This document shows, one piece after another, positions 12,534 through 25,430 of a stretch of DNA of 64,000 bases. How positions within the stretch are numbered: the first letter of the stretch is position 1; each line of letters opens with the position of its first letter. The translations under genes and the position numbers were made by a program. A model generated the notes under the pieces. That model made no database searches. It was not told where the DNA came from and saw only the letters and a program-made list of their open reading frames with translations. Source of the DNA: Tubiluchus corallicola (taxonomy: Eukaryota > Animalia > Priapulida); the NCBI GenBank assembly GCA_030141605.1, contig JAQGDQ010000073.1, forward strand, positions 558,001 through 622,000, read 5' to 3'.

Positions 12534-12626
12534 TTATTGATACTGATGTTTTTGGTGTGATAAAACGAACAGCTTAAAATACCAAGGACTAACATGACGG
12601 CTGAAGAGATGGTAAATGGTGAATTC
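12534..12626 (+). other. Candidate spliced exon (5'UTR or start-codon exon, ATG at 12594 encoding MTAEEMVNGEF)
   Basis: Acceptor ttccttatattttgttttgttag| and donor TTC|gtaagt flank 93 nt. All three frames have stops from the acceptor. A matching upstream donor AG|gtaagt lies at 11854. Confidence 0.4.
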
Positions 12627-13823
12627 GTAAGTTAGTATTTCTTAATCTACAAAGCGCTGGTAATTCAGGTAATATAACGTTTGCTATATTATTATAGTTT
12701 AATACTCATAAATTTTTCACAGTATGTTTTGCTCCGTTAAAAATACAGAGAAATATCAAATTTAAACAACTGATTGACAATTATAAAATTCAATCTCTCA
12801 GTACAAATTAAGCAGAAGGCATCGATACTGTTCATCTAAAAGACACTGAGACTTCGTTTTTTTATCAAATTAGACCTTGGTTATATATTATAGATCAAAT
12901 GTATGTATACAACTAATTATTTACAACTCTGACTTAATTTTCTATATAAAAACAGGCTGTTAACAACTGTATCAGTCCGTTTTCATTATCTGAAAGGTTT
13001 CTGAAAAATGGACAAAAATGAAAACCATAATATCTTGTCGAGAGCTTAAATTAATTTTCTTGATTTCAAATAGCCGATAGAGTTTACTAATATCACAAGT
13101 TATGCGATCAATAGTTGTGATCAAATTACAAAGTTAATTTCCGTTATAAAATCATGCTAAAAATAAAAAACTTAGCACCAATAGCAGACTACGGCTAAAA
13201 TAGGCTTTTAATCAGCGTTGGACTGTTAAATAATAACAAACGCATTATTTCACAAATGTAAACACAAATACAATTAACAAATCACACGTAAATAAACAAC
13301 GCATACAGGAACACGTTCCTACAAATAGATACCTTAGATACTCTAAAATTGCTCATTGAACAAGATCCGTTTTTAATTTGCCGATTTATATCCATTCACT
13401 TTGTCAGCAGTACGACAACTTGTAGCCTTGTGGCGACACCTGTTGTGCATTTGAAATAACACTGCCTCACTTTATGGTGGTTTCTACGCGTTGCATGTAA
13501 TGTAGTTTTCTAACCAAAAATGTACGCATTAACAACTGAGGACTTGCCAGTCTGTGTGAAGGCGTAGAAATAGATCTTGACAGACTATTCTCTGTAAAGC
13601 TTACTTATATTAAGCCCCTGCTCATTAAAGTTCAAAATGCCAATCCTGCTCTTATTCTAATATAAAACGTGTTAAATGTAATGTCCACAAGAATTGTATT
13701 TTTTGAATATTATTTCTGTAACTCAATAACTGCATAACATGCGCAGTAACAAACGTGCACGCACCGGCATAAATGCTGAACACGTAGGCACAACTTTAAG
13801 TCCCGCATGTCTCCTCGTCACAT

Positions 13824-13929
13824 AGGAGCTAGCTATTTGATCTAGGACGTTTGACTTGCAATCCAAAGTTAGTGGTTCAAATTTGGGACTATCAAAGTTT
13901 GGAGAACAGATTAATGTACAGTTTCCTTC

Positions 13930-13960
<31 letters not shown>

Positions 13961-13972
13961 TCATCATCATCA
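13824..13972 (+). mobile_element. Degenerate tRNA-derived SINE remnant followed by an (ATC)n tail
   Basis: tagctatttgatctaggacgtttgacttgcaatccaaagttagtggttcaaatttgg has tRNA layout with a B-box-like ggttcaaat. (ATC)n lies at 13933-13972. Confidence 0.4.
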
Positions 13973-16900
13973 CATGCCAATTACATTTATTGTAGAACAC
14001 TGGGAAGGCAGACTTCTAAAATAAAATAAAACTGCCCTCAGGACAGGTAAACACAGGAGTAATTCAGTAAAAAAACTAGACACTACTATAACAGTGGTTT
14101 ACCAGCAGCAGCCAACTTTAGTTACCATCTATGCACAGCTGTTAGGGTTCGGTGGCTGCGCAATCTCTAACAGTTTTCTCTAAAACACAAGCAATTTTAA
14201 CAAAACCAAATTTAGAAACAATACGAGAAACCGAGTTATTGGTTTTCTAAAGCAATTCAAGTTATCGAGCCAGAAGTTCTATTTTTTTATGCAAATCGCG
14301 GAATCAAACAGAATCATTTTCAGATACCTTGCTGTTAACTAACTAAAAAGTATCATTATATTTTGGCGGCCAAATTTCCCATAAGGCATGTACCTTTTTT
14401 AAACCTTCTAGTTCTTCTAGAAACTTCTTGACTAGAACCTCCTATTTTAAAACTTAGGGCCTCGCTAAGTCAAAATCCAGGTCTTGAAGGACTGCTTGAC
14501 CATACTTAGGGTGGCAGCCTCCAAACTTTTGAAACTTACGGCTTCGTCATATAAATCCGGCACTGAACATCGTAGTAACTAATGTTCACCCCTACGGATG
14601 GCAGCACAGATAAAGCTGTAAGGTGTAACTACAATGCGCCCGTTGCATCTCAATTTTGATTTCTGAACGGCCTAAATTGTTTGCAAATATTTAAATAATT
14701 ACTAGATGATGTATTCAACCTGCCAATAAAGAATAACAAGCACTCGCCTGCAACTTGTCCACAAACTTGTCACATAATGTTTTTAATTGTTGCTTTACAA
14801 GTGAAATCAGACAAGGAAAAAATAATGATTTCCAAATTTCCAGTTATTATTTTTATTACCCAGAAATTGACGAGTGAAGATTTGTTAATATTATGATTTA
14901 AATTTTTGAAACTTATCATGTTTTTATTAATCTACCGACTTCTGCCGCAGCAAAGCTAATATCGCCCCCCCCCCCCTTAAAACGAGTGATAAAATGTGCA
15001 AAATTTGCGTTTTATGCGTCAGTTAGAAAAGCGTAAACACCCGAGGCTTTGCCACGCGCCTATTCTAATAATTGCTCTGTGTGACTTATGGCAGTTTTTC
15101 TTGATCTGTTAGGAAAACATTGAACGTGTCGTAGTTTCTTCATAGATGTAGAAAAGAATGCAACAGTTTTGTATAGTAAAAGAACACCTGTGTCAATAGT
15201 TCAGCAAAATTTTTGAAAATTTGTCACGTTTTGTTGGTTAAAGGGAATCAGGTAATATCCTTGTCATAAAAATTGGTTTCTCAAATATCGTTATCAATTT
15301 ATTAATAAACCTTGTTATGATTAACTCTCTTTATTTATTTCTTTTTTATAGAAATATTGATTTACTGACTAAATAAACAATTAATAAACAATTGTCTGTA
15401 CGGCATGCTCAGCATTAATTTTTAAGTTCACCTAAACTATAATGCTAATGATTCTTCCTTAATGAGTCCTAAACAGTACAAACTACACTGTATAGCAGAA
15501 TAAATTAGTACTATTTAGAACTGTAAAAGTCTTAATGAGACACTAAGATCACAAGCTAAGCTTATGTCAGTTTGGAACGCCTTCAAAACTTAATGTAAGC
15601 AAAGTACAAAAAATTTTCAAAACGGGAATTCGCCTATCAAAATAAATCAGTTTTAGGGTCTAATGAACTGTCATCAGATTTATTAAAACACGTCACTCGC
15701 ACTGTGTTTTAGGCCCTCCTATTTGCGAGTGCTTTCTTTTTTGCAGTCATTGATTTGCGGAAACTTTTCCAGTAAAGTAATAACGGGATTTTTACTTCTT
15801 TTTAATAATTTTGCCCACGTCTAAAGGCATCAGCTGTTTTTAGTAATTAATGCCCTGAACTGGTGAAAATACAACACCTGTTCTACCTAGACAGCTCCCA
15901 GCTTGTGAAAGTCGACAAATCGCAATAAGGAGCAGCAGCTTAATACCTCCTTTTTTCCCTGGGGCTAAGAAAGAGTGCGACGAACAGGAAGTCACTGCCA
16001 GTTACAGCACCTCCGACTATATTCTTGTGAAATTCATGTTTAAGTTTGACAAACCGAGTTTTGGAAATAGAAAAGTAGTGAATCTAATTAAAATGATGTC
16101 GCTGAAAGAATATTTTTATGCCCATATTATTATGATGAACGTTCTGGTTTACAAGTTCAATTTGATACGGCATATATAGTGCAAGAGACTTAGAGGCCAT
16201 AAAAAGCAACTTAATTTATTGAGGTATTGTTAAGAGCCGTTGTAATGTGCATCCCAGACAGGATATGAAGCACGTTTAAGTATAAGCCGGCGTCTGACCA
16301 GTAACTCTCGATGAATGAAGACGTTGTCGATTTTTCCGCTTTATGTAATGATCAGAAAAGATTTCAATAAATTTTGTTTTGATGACTGATGATGTGTTGA
16401 ATATTTCTGTTGTTGAACGTGCACGCGATCAAACGACTTTAAATGAAGTTACTACTGAGGGGCCTCCGTGTTAAATTTTAAAAGGAGAATTTTCGTGGCA
16501 ATACATGAGTATGATAACTTTAGGTCAATATTTAATATAAAAAATGTGGACTATATTTTCAGGTGCATCTTGCTATACACTTTACTATACGTATATCGTA
16601 GACGTAGAATGATAAATTTTGTTTCCGAATGTTTTGTTTGTTAAACTGCAAACAATATATATAAACTGACTATGATACCTATAAGTTATGCCTATTTTGT
16701 ATCAAAATGTCCCCCTGGAGCTATGAGAAGTGAAAACGATTTATGACTAGCAATACCGGTAATCTTTTTCTCATTAATTTTCGATAATGGTCCGGTGCAG
16801 ACGATAAGCCGTTTTCATGATAACAAGGCTATCATAACATACAAGCAGTACCGGATACAATAAACTTGAACAAAGTCCAATTTCCGGTTTTACGGATAAC

Positions 16901-18613
16901 AATTCTCTATATCAATAGTGGCAAGTAAGATGCTGTGTATAACAGTAAACCTTATCACATTCAGACCAGTATTTTCTCATTTTATCACCGGCACATAGCA
17001 GACTGAAACTGAATAACTGAATTAAAAACAGCTAAAATATATATTAAACTGTTAATGTACAAAAACAGTTAAAGTTAACTGATATTTGCAGTAGTGTTAA
17101 GAGAAAAAACTATCAAATAATACAAGCGTCATCAAACACACACATGTCAGTGTAAGCTAATACACTTATTACAAAAGACTTGTATAAATAATAACATAAT
17201 ACAAATATCACGACTTCCATACATACAAATATTATTACATTGATATCAGTACATTCAGTCCATAATATGATAACACAATTTGTTAAAAAATGATCGAAAT
17301 ATCTATGACCGAGTTAAACTTGAACGATATCAGGTTTTCGGGTAAATAAATCGTTCCATTAATAACTAATTTCAGTAAGTATTTTTGCCATAGGTTGTTT
17401 TTTTTATAATATCACTACCTATGATAGTGAGCAGCATATGCCTGTGTGAGCAGCAAAATAGTGATACAATTATCGTGCATTTAAGAAAGATGCGCAAAAA
17501 TGTGTGTGTAAAACTGTGTTTTCTGTAAAACGTACAAAATAATGTTATTAAAATGTTTTGTTAACTCACATAAGCTTTTTGATAATTTTAAGCAAGGTGT
17601 GGCGAGTGTGGCCTATGACACTTCTCGAGTGCCTGAGAATGTCTTTACAAAAAAATCCTGAATGCATGTAGCTTTGGAAACCTCTCGACGCCTGAAATAC
17701 TTGTGGCAGAGTTTAGATTTCCTCTTTACCACGTTTTTGTCCGATTTTCGCTGGTTTAAACACCAGGTTAAGAGCTTACGCTCAAACTACACAGCAACCG
17801 TATCCAAAAACGGGTTCAAATCAATACTTCAGTGAAAATCTTGCATATAAACGGCTTGACATTAACACACGATTAGTGCAATAAGATAAGCAATAAAACG
17901 TTGTCAATTTAGCAAAATCCTTTTTTCGGTTATGTAACTGTGTCGTTTCGTTGCGCAAGCCTCACCCTCGCATCCGTCTTAGCCCCCTCCCCCCAGGCTC
18001 AGCAGTCCGTGTTAAAGAGGAGTGAAAACGGTTTAGGAAGAGATTTGGAAAATATGTACAATTGTACTCCAAGTGCGAACTCGTGTTTGATTTTAAAGAT
18101 GGGGAAACTTAGCAGAAGGTATGATTGCCGTTTGGATGCATGGGAAAATTGTTGCAGATGTACCAAGAAAAAAATCCTCATTGAAGATATAATAGTATGT
18201 TATGCAATGTGTAGTGAGCCTATTTTCGTACTTGTACAATGAAAAGTTATTGTCGTGCTTTCAAAATAAATTATGCGTATGATAAGCCTGGCCTTATTAT
18301 ACAGGTCTAGTTTGCAAGCGAAAAAACCCTGTACGTATAATAAGAAAGGTAAAACAAATGGTATTACTGTAACATATAAAATACAAAGCATACTAAAATA
18401 TAGCGATAAGTGCACGACCTACCTGCGACGCGTAAACGGTTTCTGCCTAGGTATATTATGTGCAAGTAAAACAACAAAAAAGAACAGGTGTAAGTATGAA
18501 AAACTAACCTGTATAGTTGCAATCTAATTATCGTGGAAAATTTATAATACTTCGCAATAAAATTTTACAGCAACGACAGGCCTATTTTAATAACAGGCGA
18601 GAAGTTAACTTAC

Positions 18614-18633
18614 CTTAGATGAAGGTATTTTTC
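18614..18633 (-). CDS. Candidate 20-nt microexon (R-KIPSSK)
   Basis: Minus strand reads ctctccttttcttttttgtgctgcacaatgtag|GAAAAATACCTTCATCTAAG|gtaagt. It is open in phase 1, matching the exon at 20493-20670. Confidence 0.38.
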
Positions 18634-19510
18634 CTACATTGTGCAGCACAAAAAAGAAAAGGAGAGCAATAACAAAATTATAACCACCGGAAAAGAAGTA
18701 AAAACGTTAGACTGAGTGTCACTATTGCCACGTTCACATGTTATAGGTAAAATCCTATAGATAAGCCCAATCATGCTCCATATAAAAAATTTACGTGCTG
18801 TAGTGTAATTCCACAGTAAAAATTTGTGTTACACATACATATTATTGTGTTCTGTGGCAAGCTTATATGAAAAACTGAAAGTCCGATTTACTTTATGGAC
18901 AAAACAGAACTAATTAAAAGCGATTCTATTGTCCAGATTTAAAGCAGACCCCCTAAAATAGCTAAAGTTTAAGTAAACTTCTTCTATTGTTCTTTAAATA
19001 GACATATCGCGCTACTTACAGCTTTTATTGCCTTGTAGATGGGATTTAAAGTTAATTACGCTTCTCAGAACTGGTTCCCACTTCTATTTCGCCATTTTGG
19101 CAGCTTTTTTAGTTTGTTGGACAGGCTGTTTGAAACATTGCGAAGAATTGACACGAGCACGTTAAAACCAGGGTGGTCTTTGGACCAATGTGAACTTGTA
19201 CAATAACAGGTCAAATTTATGTACCTAATACAATCTGAAAGTTTATTAGTTTGGGAATGAACCATAGTATTGCTTTCAATTGTTGTTCTGATGTCAAAAG
19301 GCGGTGCAAATTTAATTTACGAATCTTTTGTCAAAGCAGGACATTAGTTTTGACAATTATTGTAGGTTGGTAATAAATTAAATTATCTTTCTTGAAAGAG
19401 AAACACCACCACACCATTAAGTCCACTTTGCTTAACAAGATTAAATTTCATTTGTTGGCAATTTCTTGCAACGGTCTTCTAGACGATCCTTTTTATAGAG
19501 ACGCTTATCT

Positions 19511-19575
19511 GGGTGACAGTTGTATGGATGGGTGGCAAAGTTGTATGGGCGGGTGGCACAGTTATATAACCGGAC
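19511..19575. repeat. ~21-bp tandem repeat x3 (gggtggcanagttgtatgg)
   Basis: gggtgacagttgtatggat / gggtggcaaagttgtatgggc / gggtggcacagttatataacc. Confidence 0.8.
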
Positions 19576-20198
19576 ATAAACTACAAACTAATTTTTCGTG
19601 TGGAGTTAAACTGTTTCCAAAAAAATGGCATTAGCTATTACCTACTATACTGTTTTGACTGTAACAAAAACAATAGGCTAACAATAACAATAACCCCTCC
19701 AGGCTCCAAATTTTCTCATTTAAATTCAACCTTCCATTATTCGTCACACATAAATATTAATGAAGGTAAAGATAAAGATGTATGTCACGTGCCTGCATTC
19801 TCCAATAGATAGATTATTTTATCATCATTGAGCTTGATTATCTATGTAAAAAACGCTATTATGAAAGCAACGCCATTCAGGAAATCAATCTGTTCAAGTG
19901 ACGGTATCAAGTAAAAAACAGCCTGGTGAGCCTCGAACTTGAATTTTCTTTCGACTACATGTTCTTGGTCAACTAATCTGCACTGGCAATTTTGATAAAA
20001 AAAATTCGGAAAAACTCTCCTTAATTGATTATATGTCAATTAACTACAGTCATATTCTTTTTTGTGTGACATATGGGTTAAGGTTAAATGTCATACCATA
20101 ATTATCAATTTCGCTTTCTTAATTTTCATAACAGACGTACTTTCTTCATCGGTAATTGCCAATTTAATGAGCAGTCAAATAGTGTGATAATTATAATC

Positions 20199-20302
20199 GA
20201 CGACAGCAGCAGCAGCAACAACAACAACAACACAACACCACCACCACTACCACCAACACCACCACCACCACCACCACCACCACCACAACAACAACAACAA
20301 CC

Positions 20303-20336
<34 letters not shown>

Positions 20337-20337
20337 A
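20199..20337. repeat. Compound trinucleotide repeat (CAG/CAA/CAC)
   Basis: Seen directly; explains the poly-P/poly-Q ORF 20088-20381. Confidence 0.95.
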
Positions 20338-20492
20338 GAACCCGAAAAAGTTTAAACTGTTATCAAATTCGCAGGTTATGAGCGAATGTTATTATAATTA
20401 TAAAACCATTAGTGGTAATTCTCACACATGTAATCTAGTCATATAAATATAATCAATAAACACAAATACAAAAGACAGGTAAAAACACTTAC

Positions 20493-20670
20493 GCTTATTT
20501 CCGCTTTTTCCTTTCGTCTCGCCTTCATGATTTTCCTCGGTGAGTTGCATTTCATGAGGATACATCGTCATCAACACGCTGTCTTCTCGTGACGTCATGA
20601 TTTGATCTTGTGACGTCAATAAGGGCGATTGTGCAATCTGCATGCTGTTTTCCTGCATCATCATCATCAT
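20493..20670 (-). CDS. Candidate first coding exon of a minus-strand transcript (MMMMMQENSMQIAQSPLLTSQDQIMTSREDSVLMTMYPHEMQLTEENHEGETKGKSGNK)
   Basis: 178-nt hydrophilic frame ending at donor C|gtaagt (phase 1), followed by a T-rich intron-like tract, with a promoter-like motif cluster about 350 bp upstream. No homology recognised. Confidence 0.4.
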
Positions 20671-20999
20671 AATTGCAAGTCAGTTTTTTAAGTTATTTTG
20701 TAAAGACGTTTTTCCAGTTTTCTCTGTTAAGAAAGCTTATTGTGTTTGCAACTAAGGAATTTTCATCTGTAAACCTTAGTAAAACTTGTGCATTGAATAT
20801 CCGAAAACATGCTAAAAGTTGTGTTTTACAAAGCTGGTCAGCACTTAACTTTTATATATCTCTTATTCTTCCCAAGCGTTTAAGAATTTTCCAAGTATTT
20901 GTCAAACATTTATTTCCCACAATTCCACTGAGTATGCAGCTCTAATCCACCAATAATCCGATATTTACGACGGACAAGTACTATCGGAATTTATCGTGT

Positions 21000-21059
21000 A
21001 CTTCCGCTCAAATCAGATTCGTCGATCGAACAATGACGTCACTGTATCTCATTTCCGGT
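21000..21059. promoter_or_regulatory. ETS-CRE-ETS promoter-like motif cluster
   Basis: acttccgc (21000-21007), TGACGTCA (21034-21041) and atttccggt (21051-21059) in a CpG-rich patch. Confidence 0.4.
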
Positions 21060-21647
21060 GCATGTCATAGTTCATACGTCGTAAATATTGTTTAGCAGGA
21101 AGACAAGAGCGTCTTTGTGCATGAATTGAAGATTTGCCGTATTGATCCGATTAGGATCTCAACCTTGACCTGCAGAAAAAATCCAAAGAAATCTAAGTAA
21201 ACAGACGCACGTTTCAGGTGGATTTTGCGTATTGGGGATTATCTCGAAGACCCATTCAAGAAAAAATAGCTAAGCTATCCTCTAAAAATAATATATAAAC
21301 AATTTACATTGAGTCAAAAGCAAATTTAGTAACCAGCCTGTGTCAACGTTACAACCGCGCAAAAAAGACTAAATTACGCACTTTGTTGCAAAAAGCAGCC
21401 ATACAAATAGACCTTTATAATTAAGATTAATTTTCATTCAACGAAGAATTTAATTAGCAAAAAAGTAATTCAGTTCACAATTTTTTGCAGTGGCACGCTG
21501 AACAATACTGGCAGTATAAATTTCAATGTTTAAAATGACAAAACAGTAGTATTCCATAATGATAACCAAAGAAGCGGAACAACTATCATATAAGCATTTA
21601 ATTATCAAGCAATTCATAATAATTTTCGCAAACAATTCAAAGTCAGT

Positions 21648-21990
21648 AAGTGAATGAGTGAGTGAGTGAGTGAGTGAGTGAGTGAGTGAGTGAGTGAGTG
21701 AGTGAGTGAGTGAGTAAGTAAGTAAGAAGAATTTATTTCACGTCGATGTTTATGACATACAGAACAGTAACGTTGAAGCTAATGTGACCGATAACACATT
21801 AAAATCAATACTGGCTTACAAAAATAGGCGAAATGCACATACACAATAGGCTAAAATGAGGTTATGAACGCCAAAGTCGTTACTTAACAATATCACCAAT
21901 TCATACATAACCATCGTTCTTATATAAATTAGTTTTTCCCTCTAAACTTCTACAAATTTTTGATGAAGCAAGAATAGGACACGTTTACAA
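21648..21990 (-). mobile_element. Probable LINE 3' end with (ACTC)n tail
   Basis: Minus strand: T-rich UTR-like sequence, then gaaataaattc immediately followed by a (ACTT/ACTC)n array (21648-21725). Confidence 0.4.
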
Positions 21991-22882
21991 GAATACCGCA
22001 GGCACTCACAAAAATATTTAGACACGCACAAGCACACATACTCAAGCACACACAAATTATCATAAACTGTGCTTTTCGGTTGAAATGTGTGACATTTTGG
22101 TTTTTAATAATTAAGTAATTGCTTTTCCTAATTTACTTCATATATATCAAAAATGGAAAGCATTAGAGCACCAAATTTGATCAACTCATCACGCGATATT
22201 CTCAAGTGTTCTGACAATCTTTTCTTTAACAGTGTTAATTACGAATAGAGAACAACTACACAAATATCCTAAACAACAAGATTATCAATCTCTCTAAAAG
22301 TCTTACTTGCGGAATAGAATACGTGTTAGAGAAAATATGCAAGTCGTCAAAATTCATTTCGGCATTCAAATGCAAATTATTTTAACGCCCAGAAGTTGTT
22401 TATTTTTAATTGGTTGTTATTCTTCGTAAGTGCAGCCTGAGCTCTATCACAATTACCTCTTATTTGCGGGTGACCATGAGGTGTTTCTTTACAGAGTTCA
22501 CGTGTCTTTGGTGAACTGGTAATCAGCTGAAATGTTATAATTTTACACGGGTCAAGGATGATGTATCATACAGCGTTCTAATAGGGTATTTATAAGCAAA
22601 TTGTAAGGCTAAACCTGAAGAATGTTTATGAGGGTGTTGATTTATAATGAAGCTATCATATAAGCTGATGTTTAAACAAACATAAGCAACTTTCCTCTTA
22701 AAACAGTTTACATTTTTCATCGTCGTTGTAACCATCATTATTGAGTACCAAGGCAGTCTCTGTTATCACCTACATCACCACTACCAAAATAACTATACTT
22801 ATCAGTTACATAACCAAAACCGCGAAAGCGACAGCTATTACAACTGAGTCTAATTTCATTCTCCCTACTAGTGCCACAGCTG

Positions 22883-22936
22883 TCATCATGATCATCGTCA
22901 TCATCATCATCATCATCATCGTCATCATCATCATCA
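22883..22936. repeat. (ATC)n microsatellite
   Basis: Seen directly. Confidence 0.9.
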
Positions 22937-25282
22937 CTGTTTAGTACAAATATATTGTTAATTATTGTCACTATAAACGTCACAGCTGGTTAGACAGTTA
23001 AAGTCAAAAACTGAGGTAACTTGATCTTCTAGCAAGATTTGGATCTTTTGCTTTAAAAATTGAAATTTGTTTTTATCGGTCTATACTATAGTAATTTAAA
23101 AGAAAATGTAGCATCAGATTTGTTTATGATATCAGTTTTTCGTCATTTCACACAAAGTTGAACTGTAGTATTGAAATCGTGTGTTTTGGAGCCGATTTTT
23201 GCTGTATTATCCCTTTGCTCTGTTGTGAGCGCTCGAATTGATGCAAAAATCAATAGTTTTGCCACTAATGGGCGCTTGCAAAGCGATACCTAGCTTTACT
23301 TAGATCTAGCAGATTGTGTGTAAGACAAGAGAACATATAGCTTCAAAGCCTTTCAGGTGAGATTACCTGGTTCTGTTGCACGCAGGCTAACAGGTAATGA
23401 CAGGTGGGTTTTAGGCAGGTAATTATTGCAGGTTAAACTGTTGCTCCATGACTTTTTACAAGATAAGATCAAATAGCTTCAGGTTCCATAGCATAACGTG
23501 TACCATAACGTGGAGATAGCTTGCCTCAGGTAAAATAATAAAAATCTGAGACAAAATAAACACACAAATTTCCAAGTAGGTTCTTTTGTAGTGTGAGCTA
23601 GTGTGATGGCTGTGGCCATGATATAAGATAATGTCTTTTATTAAGCGAATTTAGCGCAGAGTGGTAGTGCTTATAGCAGTAATAAAACTTCTGGGTAACA
23701 GATAAAGTTACACATTCTTCTGTTGTATCTCGCTGAAGTTAGCTCTATGAGACTATGGCGACCTTTGGACATGCGAAAATATCGACACGACAAAATATTA
23801 CGTGATGGGAAAGAACGTGCAACTGGATTGTCACTGCTGCTGTCGCAAAAACTGTCCATATTTCATTAAAGCTTTTAAACTGGACATTGTATTCCAGTTA
23901 TTTTGCAGTTTTCTATCACTTTGCTATTTGTATCATAACCGTTCTTTTTCTCAGCTATTGCTGTTGCTGTTGTGCTGTTTTTGCTGCTATTGCTCAACAG
24001 CATACCATGTTATCTGTTTTATCATAGCATACTATGTTGTTTGTGCAACATAATCTCCATGTGACTAGGTCTACCTACAATAACAATAACAATAAAAGCA
24101 CATCACAAACTTAAATACCAATGCAAGGAAAAATGAGACTGCTGAGAATTTTTATTTGTGCCAAACGATACTACACTGTAAGTGAATAACCACAATTGCT
24201 TTAAAGAGACCACAGAGGTTACAGATTGTCCACTGAGAACTGTCCACTGTTTGATAATATAAATTTCCTAATTTTGACTGAACAGATTTTTGCAATATTG
24301 AATTATAATTAAATTTTGACATTAAACTATTGGCCTCCCCACACTATAGGCCACTGACTACGTCACTAAAATCGTTTCAAATGATGCATATGCAACTGAT
24401 TATTATTTTGACTTCAGCTAATCAGACAAGAAGCAAATCAGTCTTAAAAATGTGCTTTCTACAATTTTTCTGATTTTTACTTTCGGTTCGTGGCATATCC
24501 TATTAAATAGTATGCTACTACATGCTCCTAATTAGACGATACAAACGGAATAAAGGGAATATCCTATTACAACAGATACCTGCAATTACAGATTTATATT
24601 TTCTAAAAGAAATTGTAGCTACAACTGCGTGGTTAATGAGGCTTAAGCATAAACATGGCGAGCAATCAACAAATTCTTACGGTGATTAGCGCCACGTGCG
24701 CACCTGTATTGCTGTTTATTTTGATATCGATACTCCCCGCGAGTAGCAGATCACAGTTGTTAATGATTATTAAACTCAACAAGGAATTTTATTTTAACAA
24801 AGTTTATTTTTTAATAATGAAGTTAAAGGTTATACCAAATTCGAACCTTTTTAACGTTTGTTATGACAATACTTATGAGTAGGTTCACAGCACGGCGATT
24901 CAGATGGTTCAGAGTTAAGGCTCGGGTTATACAAAGCATGTTAAAGAGATAATGCAATATGTCGTCAGATTTGCAAGTGCTTTAATTCCATATGTCTTCT
25001 TTGAAACTTTCTTCGTTACAGTATTTGTAGCACTGCATATAAATTCCTGTTTTCATTAAATTTGGTTACGCCAGTGGGCCAACAAAAATTAATTAAGGGC
25101 TGAAATGGGTGTACACAAGAAACAGAACAGCCTTTAAGCTGGCGACACACCGTCGAGTTTGCTGGTTTAGCGGAATTTTACTATCTGCTTAAGAGAATTT
25201 AATATAAAGGACAGGAAGATAGCTATTAGTGATTATTATTAAGAGGGTAAGTGTTTCTGTTTCTCTGTGCTCCCTCCTCCCC

Positions 25283-25296
25283 CTCTCTCTTTCTCA

Positions 25297-25350
<54 letters not shown>

Positions 25351-25430
25351 TTTCTCTATTCTTTCCAACGCGCTAGGTTTCTTTTATCTGTCTCTTTCCC
25401 GACTCTCTCTCTCTCTCTCTCTCCCTCTCC
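25283..25430. repeat. (CT)n microsatellites
   Basis: Seen directly. Confidence 0.95.

Noticed and set aside
19065-20039. Minus-strand ORFs as the next exons after 20493
   Set aside because: Available acceptors give stops in phase 1, and the peptides are unrecognisable.
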